The translations under genes and the position numbers were made by a program. From Thermoanaerobaculia bacterium (GTDB lineage: Bacteria > Acidobacteriota > Thermoanaerobaculia > Multivoradales > UBA5704), in contig JBJMHA010000063.1 in the NCBI GenBank assembly GCA_045807625.1, forward strand, positions 1,481 through 65,480: a stretch of 64,000 nt of DNA. The letters are read 5' to 3'. The notes under the pieces are model-generated. The model was not told where the DNA came from and searched no databases. It saw nothing but the letters and a program-made list of their open reading frames with translations. Positions 38,559 to 46,559 of the stretch are shown one piece after another. How positions within the stretch are numbered: position 1 is the first letter of the stretch; each line of letters begins with the position of its first letter.

Positions 38559-39740
38559 ATGCCCTCCACCGCCCTCCGCTTCCGGCCGCCGCGCCTGGCC
38601 TACACCCCGGAGGCCCGCTGGATGCTGCTGCGCGCCTTCGGCCCGGCCGGCGCGCCGTTCCCCGGAGCTTTCGATCCGGCGGCGGCGCTGGCCCTGGCAC
38701 GCCGGTTCGAGGTGGCGGCGCGGATCGCCGTCCGCCAGGGGCGGGAGCGGTTGCGGGCCGAGGTGGGGGAGGAGGCCGCGGCCGGCTTCGCCCGCGACCG
38801 GGCGCGCGCCGCGGCGGCCGGGATGCGGCTGATGGAGGAGGTGCGGCGGGTGGCGGCGGTGGCGGCGGAGCTGGGGGTGCCGCTCGCCTGCCTCAAGTTC
38901 GCCGCCCTGGAGGGGACGGGGCTCCTCGCCGCCGGCAGCCGGGGGGCCTGCGACGCCGACCTGCTGGCGCCGGGCGAGCGCGCGGAGGAGCTCTGGCGGG
39001 CGCTGGCCGCCGCCGGCTTCCAGGGCTCGGGCCTCCCCGAGGCCGAGCACCAGCTCGCGGCGCTCAAGGGGCCCCAAGGGGGGGTGATCGAGATCCACCG
39101 CCACCTCCCCGGCGTCCGCCTGGAGGGTGGGGCCTCGGCCACCTTCGAGGCGCTCGACCGCGCCGGGCTGCTCCTCCCGCTGCCGGACCTCCCCGGCCGC
39201 TGCGCGGCGCCGGCGCCGGCGGTGACAGCCGCCCACGTGCTGGTCCACGGCCTGGGGCAGCACGGCTATTGGCCGTCCTCCTATTCGCTGCTCAAAATGG
39301 CGGCCGACCTGCTCGACCTCGGGTCCCTGACCGGCCGCGCCGCCGCCTGGGTGGAGCGGGACGTCTCCGCGGCGGAGGTGGCGGCGGTGCGCCGGCTGCT
39401 GGAGCGTCTGGCGGCCGGCGAGGATCCCGCCGAATGGACGGGGCCGGAGGAGGAGCTGCTGCGGCACATCCTGGCCGGCCGCCTCGACAAGGAGTACGCG
39501 GGCTCGCTGCGGCTGGGGCTCTTCCGCCCGCAGCCGAGCGAGCGCTCGCGGCCGGCGCAGCTCGCCCGCGCCGTGCTCGGCGCCGTCTTCCTCACCGACG
39601 CCCAGATCGACGCGGTCTACGGCCGCCCCCGCACCCGCCTGGGCTACCTTGGCCGGCGGCTCGCCCGTCCCTTCGATCTGCTGCTGCGGCTGGGGAGCTA
39701 CGGGGCGCGCTGGGCCCGGCTGAGACGAGGGCGGAGCTAG
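38559..39740 (+). CDS. Nucleotidyltransferase family protein (uncharacterised NTP_transf_5 / PF14907-like), copy 1
   Basis: LKFAALEGTGLLAAGSRGACDADLLAP matches the hG[GS]...D.DLL nucleotidyltransferase motif. A paralog lies at 49922. Confidence 0.7.
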   Translation: MPSTALRFRPPRLAYTPEARWMLLRAFGPAGAPFPGAFDPAAALALARRFEVAARIAVRQGRERLRAEVGEEAAAGFARDRARAAAAGMRLMEEVRRVAAVAAELGVPLACLKFAALEGTGLLAAGSRGACDADLLAPGERAEELWRALAAAGFQGSGLPEAEHQLAALKGPQGGVIEIHRHLPGVRLEGGASATFEALDRAGLLLPLPDLPGRCAAPAPAVTAAHVLVHGLGQHGYWPSSYSLLKMAADLLDLGSLTGRAAAWVERDVSAAEVAAVRRLLERLAAGEDPAEWTGPEEELLRHILAGRLDKEYAGSLRLGLFRPQPSERSRPAQLARAVLGAVFLTDAQIDAVYGRPRTRLGYLGRRLARPFDLLLRLGSYGARWARLRRGRS

Positions 39741-40576
39741 CGCGGCTTGCGCGCCCTCACGAAGGCGCTCATGACCTTGCCGTCCACCTCCTCGACGCCG
39801 GCGGCCTCGATCCCGGCCTCTTCGAGGAAGGCGCGGGCGTCCTCGGCGTGGTAGATCCGCGTCGGCTCGACCTCGATCTCCTCGAAGCCGGCCTCGGCGA
39901 GGAGGCGCCGGTACTCCCTCTCCTGGAGGGCGCCGGCCACGCAGCCGATCCAGAGCTCCACGTTGCGCCTCACCGCCTCCGGGACCTCGCCCCGGAAGAC
40001 GACGTCGGAGACGGCGAGCCGGCCCCCGGGCCGGAGCACGCGGAAGGCTTCGGACAGCACCTTCCGCTTGTCGGCCGAGAGGTTGATCACGCAGTTCGAG
40101 ATGATCACGTCCACGGCGGCCTCCGGCAGCGGGATCGCCTCGATCTCCCCCTTGAGGAATTCGACGTTCTCCGCGCCCGCTCTGCGCTGGTTCTCCCGCG
40201 CGAGCGCGAGCATGTCGTCGGTCATGTCCAGGCCGTAGGCCTTGCCCGTGGGCCCGACCCGGCGGGCCGAGAGCAGCACGTCGATGCCTCCGCCCGAGCC
40301 GAGGTCGAGCACCGTCTCCCCCTCCTTGAGCTCGGCCAGGGCCGTGGGGTTGCCGCACCCGAGCGAGGCCAGCACCGCCTCGGCGGGCAGCCCGGCGGTC
40401 TCCTGGGCCGCGTAGAGGTCCGAGGTGATCGGGTCCTTGCCGTCGCCACAGCCGCACGTGCCGCAGCCGCAGGACGCGGCTCCTCCCTTCTGGGCTTTGC
40501 GGGCGGCCTCGCCGTACTTCGCCTGGACCACCTCGCGGAGGGCGGCGGGCTCGAGAGCCTGGGGGTCGATGCTCAT
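39737..40576 (-). CDS. arsM: Arsenite S-adenosylmethionine methyltransferase (ArsM)
   Basis: Near-canonical ArsM N-terminus (ASCGCGTCGCGDGKDPITSDLY, LASLGCGNPTALAELKEGETVLDLGSGGGIDVLLSARRVGPTGKAYGLDMTDDMLALA) with conserved Cys residues. Confidence 0.85.
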   Translation of the reverse strand: MSIDPQALEPAALREVVQAKYGEAARKAQKGGAASCGCGTCGCGDGKDPITSDLYAAQETAGLPAEAVLASLGCGNPTALAELKEGETVLDLGSGGGIDVLLSARRVGPTGKAYGLDMTDDMLALARENQRRAGAENVEFLKGEIEAIPLPEAAVDVIISNCVINLSADKRKVLSEAFRVLRPGGRLAVSDVVFRGEVPEAVRRNVELWIGCVAGALQEREYRRLLAEAGFEEIEVEPTRIYHAEDARAFLEEAGIEAAGVEEVDGKVMSAFVRARKPR

Positions 40577-40625
40577 GTTCGTCTCCTTTCTGGTTGTTAC
40601 TTGCAACTATCAGTCGAAAAAAAGC

Positions 40626-41135
40626 TCACGGGACGCGGCAGCAGCTTCCGCCGCCGGCCTCGACGCCCGCGGCAGCGGCGCGGGCGAGCCGGCGGAGCAC
40701 TCTGGTCATGGCCTGACGGACCTCGGGGGAGAAGTCGGCCAGGAGCTGGCGCTCCTCGGCCAGGATCGACTCGCGGATCTTCCCCTCCAGCTCGCGGCCC
40801 GCGGGGGTCGCCTCGAGGAGCGAGGCCCGGCGGTCCTTCGGATGCGGCAGGCGGGCCGCGTACCCCTTGCGCTCCAGGGCGTCCACGATCCGGCTGGCGG
40901 TGCTCTTGTCAAGGTAGAGGTAGGCCGCGAGGTCGTTCAGCGTCATCGAGCCCCGCCGCACCAGCCCTTCGAGGGCGTAGCACTGGGAGACCGAGACGTC
41001 GAAGCAGCAGATGCGGTCCCGGTCGCGGAACTGGTAGACGCGCAGCAGATCCTCCAGAGCGCCGTACAGCTCCTCCGTATCCCCCGCGAGGGAGGGATCG
41101 GAAGCGAGGACGGGGAGGGGGCTCGGCGAGGCCAT
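40626..41135 (-). CDS. MarR family transcriptional regulator
   Basis: Winged-helix core LVRRGSMTLNDLAAYLYLDKSTASRIVDALERKGYAARLPHPKDRRA. Upstream of arsM on the same strand. Confidence 0.8.
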   Translation of the reverse strand: MASPSPLPVLASDPSLAGDTEELYGALEDLLRVYQFRDRDRICCFDVSVSQCYALEGLVRRGSMTLNDLAAYLYLDKSTASRIVDALERKGYAARLPHPKDRRASLLEATPAGRELEGKIRESILAEERQLLADFSPEVRQAMTRVLRRLARAAAAGVEAGGGSCCRVP

Positions 41136-41226
41136 ACAGGGGGAGAATAGCAGGAGTAGTTGTCAGGAGCAACTATATTCGCCGGGCGGCCTGCCAGCTC
41201 GCGGCCGCCCTGTATACTCCTCCGCC

Positions 41227-42546
41227 GTGAAATCCCCCCGTTCCAACGCCGCTCCGCCGCGCAAGGCCCCCGGCGACCTGCGGCTGGGGATCTTCTTCCT
41301 CTGGCTGCTGGTGCTGGTGCCGCCGCTGATCTGGGCGCCGGTGGCCAAGGAGTCGTTCCGGCAGCCGAAGCTCCTCGCCGCCGAGTGGCTGGCCCTGGCC
41401 TCGCTCGCCTGCCTCGCCTGGGGGCTCCGGCGGGTCGAGCGGGTGGGTCCCGCCGATCTCTGGCGGCTGCCCGCGGCGCGGATCGTCCTGCCCGTGCTGG
41501 GGGTGGCGACGCTGGGGCTCGCCTTCACCCGCCATCCGCTCCACGCGCGCGAGGCGCTGATCGACCTCTGGACCGGCGCCGCCGCGCTGGTGGGGTGGAG
41601 CGCGGCCCTGTCGTCCGAACGGCTCGCGCGCCTGCTGCGCGGGCTGCTCTGGCCCGCCTTCCTGCTGGCGCTGATCGGCATCGGCCAGTTCCACGGCGTC
41701 TGGCAGCCGCTGCGGCTCGCCCATCTCGAGGAGGGCTCGCGGCTCGCCATCACCTCGCTCGCCGGCAACCCCGGCGACCTCGCGGCGTTCCTCGTCCTCC
41801 CCTGCCTAGTGGCCCAGGACCTCCTGCGCCGGTGCGCCGGAGGAGGCTGGCGGAGCCCCGCGGGCCTGGGCGCGGTGCTGGCCCTGGCGGTCTCGGTCTA
41901 CGCCCTGTTGCTGACCCAGACCCTCGCCGCGGTGGCCGCGCTCCTGGCCGGCAGCCTGCTGCTCTGGGGGACCCGGATGCCGCGCCGCCGGGTCGCCCTC
42001 CTGCTCGCCGGCGGCGCCGTGGCCGCGGCCCTGCTGGCGGCCGGGGTGGCCCCCTTGCGCGAGCGGGTGGTGTTCAAGTGGCAGGAGATGGCCCGCGGGA
42101 ACTGGAACTCGGTGCTCACCGGCCGCTTCGACGGCTGGCGGGCGGCGGTCTGGATGTTCGAGCGCCATCCGCTCGCCGGCGTCGGCCAGGGGGCCTATCA
42201 GGCGGAGTTCGCCCCCGCCAAGCTGGCGCTGATCGACCGCGGCGCCATCTTCTTTCCCGGGCTGACCCAAGGGAGCGCCTTCGACAACGCCCACAACGAG
42301 GTCCTGGAGGCGGCGGCGGAGTGGGGGCTCCCCGGCCTGCTGGCCCTCGGCTGGGGGCTCTGGGTGCTCCTGCGGGCCCTGCGCCGGGGGGCCGGGACCC
42401 CCGAGGACCAGGCCCTGGCCTGGGCGGGCACCGCGGCGCTGGCGGTGCTCTCCCTGGTCGACTTCCCCTTCCGGGTGGCCCTGGTGGGCTTCCCCGCCCT
42501 CCTGTTCCTGAGCTGGGTATTGCGGCGGGCGGAGGAGGCGGCGTGA
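41227..42546 (+). CDS. O-antigen ligase family protein (Wzy_C domain), second paralog
   Basis: Polytopic membrane protein. Loop motif GAYQAEF...NAHNEVLEAAAEWGLPGL. Confidence 0.75.
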   Translation: MKSPRSNAAPPRKAPGDLRLGIFFLWLLVLVPPLIWAPVAKESFRQPKLLAAEWLALASLACLAWGLRRVERVGPADLWRLPAARIVLPVLGVATLGLAFTRHPLHAREALIDLWTGAAALVGWSAALSSERLARLLRGLLWPAFLLALIGIGQFHGVWQPLRLAHLEEGSRLAITSLAGNPGDLAAFLVLPCLVAQDLLRRCAGGGWRSPAGLGAVLALAVSVYALLLTQTLAAVAALLAGSLLLWGTRMPRRRVALLLAGGAVAAALLAAGVAPLRERVVFKWQEMARGNWNSVLTGRFDGWRAAVWMFERHPLAGVGQGAYQAEFAPAKLALIDRGAIFFPGLTQGSAFDNAHNEVLEAAAEWGLPGLLALGWGLWVLLRALRRGAGTPEDQALAWAGTAALAVLSLVDFPFRVALVGFPALLFLSWVLRRAEEAA

Positions 42547-42998
42547 GGGGGCGCACCCTGGCGGGGCTCCTCACCGTCCTGCTCGCCCTGGCGATGGCCG
42601 CCCAGACCGTCCGCTGGCGCGACCGTATGATGGCGAGCCGCCTGCTGGCCAACGCCGAGGCGCTCACCCTGGCAGTGGCCGCCGGCCAGATCCCCCCGGC
42701 GGCCCTGGCGGACAACCTGAAGGCGCTGCGCCGGGCGGCGGATCTCGATCCGGTGCAGGTGGGCATCCCCATCGCCCGCGGCAGCCAGTACCTCCTGCTG
42801 GGCCGCGCGGAGCCGGCCGAGCAGGTCTATCTGGAGGCGCTGCGGCTGGAGCCCAAGTCGGAGGTCTATCTCGACCTCGGACGGGCGCAGTGGCTGGCCG
42901 GCCGCAGGGAGGAGGCGCTGCGCAATTTCACCCTGGCCGTGCGGCTCGACCCCGGGCTGGTCCGCGTCCTGCCCAACGAGGCGGCCGGGGCGCCATGA
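42543..42998 (+). CDS. Small TPR-like hypothetical protein
   Basis: GTG start overlapping the ligase stop. Helical repeats (EQVYLEALRLEPKSEVYLDLGRAQWLAGRREEALRNF). Confidence 0.4.
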   Translation: MRGRTLAGLLTVLLALAMAAQTVRWRDRMMASRLLANAEALTLAVAAGQIPPAALADNLKALRRAADLDPVQVGIPIARGSQYLLLGRAEPAEQVYLEALRLEPKSEVYLDLGRAQWLAGRREEALRNFTLAVRLDPGLVRVLPNEAAGAP

Positions 42999-43390
42999 CC
43001 GCGCGGGAGCCCGATCCGCGGGTCTTCGCGGCCCTGCGCGACCTCGCCCACGAGGGGCCGGTCGAGGTGACGGTGCGCGGCGGCTGCATGGCCCCCGGAC
43101 TGGCCGACGGCGGCCGCGTGCGGGTGGCCGCCGCCCGCGTCTACCTGCCCGGCGACGTGGTGGTGTTCCGCGCCGCGGACGGCCGCCTGGTGGCCCACCG
43201 GCTCCTCGGCTACCGCCCATGGGGCCGCCGGCTCGCCCTGGTGACCCGCGGCGACTCCTGCCCCGTGCACGACGCTCCCGTCCTCCTGGCCGCCGTGCTC
43301 GGCCGGGTGGAGGCGGCAGCTCCCACCGCCCTGGCGCGGCTGCGCGCCTCCTGGCGCTTCCTGGGCCTCGCCCTGCGCCGGCGGCGATGA
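42995..43390 (+). CDS. S24/S26 peptidase-like beta-barrel protein, non-canonical (Cys in place of nucleophile Ser, no Lys)
   Basis: VRGGCMAPGLADGGRVRV...GDVVVF follows the LexA/signal-peptidase GDSMxP...GD(I/L)V pattern. ATGA-coupled to the previous gene and to the hprK-like gene. Confidence 0.6.
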   Translation: MTAREPDPRVFAALRDLAHEGPVEVTVRGGCMAPGLADGGRVRVAAARVYLPGDVVVFRAADGRLVAHRLLGYRPWGRRLALVTRGDSCPVHDAPVLLAAVLGRVEAAAPTALARLRASWRFLGLALRRRR

Positions 43391-44304
43391 GCTTCGGCGG
43401 CGGATTCCTCCGCCATCCCGACCTCTTCCCGGCCCGCCGGTCCGGCGAGCCCTGGGGGGACCGCGCCGTGGCCCTCGACGTGGCCGGCGGCCCCTATCTC
43501 CTCTCCGGCCTCGCCGCCCCGCAGGAGGAGGCGCTGCGCCGTCGCTTCGGCCCCCTGTGCGGCCCGGCGGAGGCGGAGGGGACGGTGACCGCCAGCGCGG
43601 TCTTCCGGGCCCCGGCGGCCGATTTCCTGCCGATCGACACCCGCGGCTGGGAGTACACCCTCGACCTCGACCCCGCTCCGGGCGCGCTGCGGGTCGCCGG
43701 CCTCCACCTGATGGCCCGCCTGGACTGGACGCCCGCCCTCGCCGGCGCCCTCTGGACCCCCCGGACGGAAGGAGAGGAGTGGGCGTCGGTCTGCGAGAAC
43801 TACCTCCGGATGCTGACCGCCTACCGCCTCCTGGAGCAGGGGGGCGCGCTGCTGCACAGCGCCGGGGTGAGCGACGGCGAGGCGGCCTGGCTCCTCCTCG
43901 GCCCCTCGGGCGCCGGCAAGACCACCGCCTCCCGGCTCTGCCTGGCGGGAGGGGCCACCGTCCTCTCGGACGACCTCAACGCCGTGCTCTTCGCCGGGGG
44001 GGAGGCCCGGCTCCGCAAGCTCCCCTTCACCGGCGACCTCGGCGAGCGCGCGGGGGGACCGGAGAGCGTCCCCCTGCGCGCCGTGCTGCGGCTGGCTCAG
44101 GGGGAGGTGGAGGGGCTGCGCCGGCTCTCCCCGGCGGCGGCTCTCGCCGCCCTGGTGGCCGCCTCTCCGTTCGTCAACCGCGACCCCTGGCGCCGGGAGG
44201 CGCTGCTCGCCGTGCTCGAACGGCTCGCCCGCGCCGTCCCCGCCTGGGAGGTGACGTTCTCCCGGGAGGGGGAGCTGTGGGGGATGCTCAAGGCGATTCG
44301 GTGA
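43387..44304 (+). CDS. HprK-related serine kinase, type A (HPr kinase C-terminal domain-like)
   Basis: P-loop LLLGPSGAGKTTASRL. Overall length and layout match the stand-alone HprK-like kinases seen in lasso/RiPP clusters. Confidence 0.75.
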   Translation: MSFGGGFLRHPDLFPARRSGEPWGDRAVALDVAGGPYLLSGLAAPQEEALRRRFGPLCGPAEAEGTVTASAVFRAPAADFLPIDTRGWEYTLDLDPAPGALRVAGLHLMARLDWTPALAGALWTPRTEGEEWASVCENYLRMLTAYRLLEQGGALLHSAGVSDGEAAWLLLGPSGAGKTTASRLCLAGGATVLSDDLNAVLFAGGEARLRKLPFTGDLGERAGGPESVPLRAVLRLAQGEVEGLRRLSPAAALAALVAASPFVNRDPWRREALLAVLERLARAVPAWEVTFSREGELWGMLKAIR

Positions 44305-44324
44305 GGCGGTCCCCCGCCCGATCC

Positions 44325-44369
44325 GACCGATTCGACCGATTCGACCGATTCGACGGGTCAGACCGATCA
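44325..44369. repeat. 9-bp tandem repeat (gaccgattc x3 plus two degenerate copies) in the hprK-A / pqqD intergenic region
   Basis: Copies at 44325, 44334 and 44343. Degenerate copies gacgggtca and gaccgatca follow. Confidence 0.6.
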
Positions 44370-44412
44370 CGCCTCAGAGGGCAAGAGGAGCTATACTCCG
44401 CTCCATACCCCC

Positions 44413-44712
44413 ATGAGCGACATCACTCCAGCGACCGTCCTCCGGAGGCGGTCCGACGTGCGCTACCGCCGGATCGAGGGGGAGGCGGTGGTGCTCCGCC
44501 AGGCCGCGGCCGAGGTGCTGGTGCTCAACGAGGTCGGCGCCTCGGTGCTCGACCTGGCGGACGGCGAGCGCTCGGTGGGGGAGTGGATCGACGCCCTGGC
44601 GGACGAGTACGAGGGGGATTCCGGGACCCTCGCCCATGACGTGCTCGCCTTCGCCGCCGAGCTCGCCGAGGCCGGTCTGCTGGAGCCGGTCGACCCGGAG
44701 CGGCAGCCGTGA
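44413..44712 (+). CDS. PqqD family protein (RiPP recognition element / peptide chaperone)
   Basis: 99 aa, MSDITPATVLRRRSDVRYRRIEGEAVVLRQ...VLNEVGASVLDL..GERSVGEWIDALADEY, the typical PqqD fold signature. Confidence 0.8.
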   Translation: MSDITPATVLRRRSDVRYRRIEGEAVVLRQAAAEVLVLNEVGASVLDLADGERSVGEWIDALADEYEGDSGTLAHDVLAFAAELAEAGLLEPVDPERQP

Positions 44713-45800
44713 GCCTGTCGCGGGTGGTCGCCGCCGCCTGGCGGGAGAACCTGCTGTTCTCGGTCCTCCTGGAGCTGACCTACCGCTGCAACCTCGACTG
44801 CTTCTTCTGCTACAACGACGTCGGATTGCGCGGCGAGCCGCTCTCCCGCGAGCAGTACTTCCAGCTCCTCGCGGACCTGCGGGAGATGGAGGTGATGAAC
44901 CTCACCCTCTCGGGGGGGGAGCCGCTGGCCCATCCGGACTTCGTGGCGCTGGGGGCGCGGGCGCGGGAGCTCGGCTTCGTGGTGCGGGTCAAGTCCAACG
45001 GCCACGCCCTGCGCGGCGAGCTCGCCCGCCGGGTGCGCGACGAGGTCGACCCCTTCCTGATCGAGGTCAGCCTCCACGGCGCCACCGCCCCCACCCACGA
45101 CCGCCAGACCCGCGTGCCGGGGAGCTTCGACCGCCTCGTCGCCAACCTGCGGGAGCTGCGGGAGCTGGGTCTGCGGGTGAAGCTCAACAGCACGCTCACC
45201 CGCTGGAACGAGGGGGAGATCGAGGGGATGTTCGCCCTCGCCGATGCGCTCGGCCTGCCGCTCCAGGTCGACCCCGAGGTGACGCCGCGCGACGACGGCG
45301 GCCGCGAGCCGCTCCAGGTGGCCCCCAGCCCCGAGGGGGTGCTCCGCCTCTTCCGCCTGCAGTTCGCGCGGGGGAGGGCGGCGGAGGAGGGAAAGCCGGA
45401 GGTCCAGGTGGCGCGCGGCGGCGGCGACGGCACCGTGCCCGTGCCGGTCCACAAGCACTGTGGCGCCGGCTCTTCCGGCATCGCGGTCGATCCGTTCGGC
45501 AACGTCTACCCCTGCGTGCAATGGCGCCGGCCGGTGGGGAGCCTCCACCATCAGAGGATCGGCGAGATCTGGCGGGGGTCGGCCGGCCTCGCCGAGGTGC
45601 GCGATCTCACGGTCCAGGTGAAGGAGCGGATCGGCGCCGAGGGGCCGGGGAGCCACCTGCTCAACTTCTGTCCCGGCTCGGCCGCCGCCCACGCCGGGGA
45701 TCCGCTGGCGCTCTACCCCGCGGCGGTGCAGCGCCGGGAGATCCTGGAGCAGGTGATGGGGGAAGAGGGGAAGAGGCCGCTGCTGCCGGTGGTGCGCTAG
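44709..45800 (+). CDS. Radical SAM / SPASM-domain peptide-modifying enzyme
   Basis: CNLDCFFC (CxxxCxxC) N-terminal cluster, and C-terminal Cys-rich SPASM region (HCGAGSSGIAVDPFGNVYPCVQW, NFCPGSAAAH). Translationally coupled to pqqD. Confidence 0.85.
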   Translation: MSLSRVVAAAWRENLLFSVLLELTYRCNLDCFFCYNDVGLRGEPLSREQYFQLLADLREMEVMNLTLSGGEPLAHPDFVALGARARELGFVVRVKSNGHALRGELARRVRDEVDPFLIEVSLHGATAPTHDRQTRVPGSFDRLVANLRELRELGLRVKLNSTLTRWNEGEIEGMFALADALGLPLQVDPEVTPRDDGGREPLQVAPSPEGVLRLFRLQFARGRAAEEGKPEVQVARGGGDGTVPVPVHKHCGAGSSGIAVDPFGNVYPCVQWRRPVGSLHHQRIGEIWRGSAGLAEVRDLTVQVKERIGAEGPGSHLLNFCPGSAAAHAGDPLALYPAAVQRREILEQVMGEEGKRPLLPVVR

Positions 45801-46304
45801 AGGTTACGAGGAGATCGGCCCCGAGGGGCAGAGGCCAGGGTTCCCCTTGGCGGGAGGGGAGGGGGCGCACACGGCCGCCACCGCCTCCAGCGGCTCGCGG
45901 GAGAGGACGCGGGGCCGCTCCCAGGGCCGCTTCGCGCGCGCGCCGGTCTCTCCGGGAGTCTGTGGCTTCGAGGGTCCGCTCCGCATTCCTCTTCTCAGGC
46001 GCTCCGCCGAGCTTGCGCGACGGGCGATTCTTCATTTCTACGTCGATCTGAGACTAAGCCCCTGTGAGGGATGTGTCAAGCTGGGCCCCAAAACCGGATA
46101 TCTCAATATTTAAGCCTATTTAGGACCAAAGGGATGCGGCACGGACGATTTTACCGTCCCGCTGCGGGAAGATGGGGCAAAAATTTTATAGCCATTCTTC
46201 AAAAAGCTGACGGTTCCGTCTGAGATTCCGGGCGTCCGAAGAGGGGACCACCGCTGCTTTGTTCTGGCCCACCTCTTGCAGTGGAGGTCTGGCGGCTTGG
46301 ATCA

Positions 46305-46320
46305 AGGCACACCCGCTGCG
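46305..46320 (+). promoter_or_regulatory. Candidate sigma-54 (-24/-12) promoter upstream of the secreted-protein / lasso-like operon
   Basis: aGGCACacccgcTGCg with GG and GC spaced 12 nt apart (46306-07, 46318-19). It lies 240 nt upstream of the 46560 start. Confidence 0.35.
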
Positions 46321-46559
46321 AGGCGGGGCCGCAAAGCCAGGGGTCTCCCGCCGAGATCGCCCGGTCGCCGAAAAGCCCTCAAAGGCACGTAGTCACGCGT
46401 AGCTCAGCAGGGGGCAGCTTTCATGGTACCGGGTCTCGATTCACCGCCGTTCCTCCCATCCAGCAGAGCTCCGTAGCGGGACCGCGCAGAGCGGCTCCGT
46501 AGTCTTTTTTTGTGCTGAGAAAAACCGATTGGATCCACCGACAAAAAGGAGAGCTGACA

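Noticed and set aside
43557-44639. Alternate-frame ORF spanning hprK-A, the 9-bp repeats and pqqD (contains DRFDRFDRF) as a possible precursor
   Set aside because: It overlaps two well-supported genes out of frame and has RG-rich composition, so it is not credible as a peptide precursor.
45661-46035. 124-aa minus-strand ORF and the Arg-rich plus-strand ORF 45847..46113 downstream of the rSAM gene as the missing precursor
   Set aside because: There is no RBS, the composition is RG-rich, and they are antisense to or overlapping the rSAM 3' end. Nothing supports them, although this region still deserves a relaxed small-ORF search.
46395-46465. tRNA-like stretch (gcgtagctcagcaggg ... gggtctcgattcacc) as a tRNA gene or att site
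   Set aside because: D-loop and T-loop-like words are present, but I could not draw a consistent cloverleaf with acceptor, anticodon and T-stems and there is no CCA. It may be a decayed tRNA fragment and would need tRNAscan or Infernal to decide.
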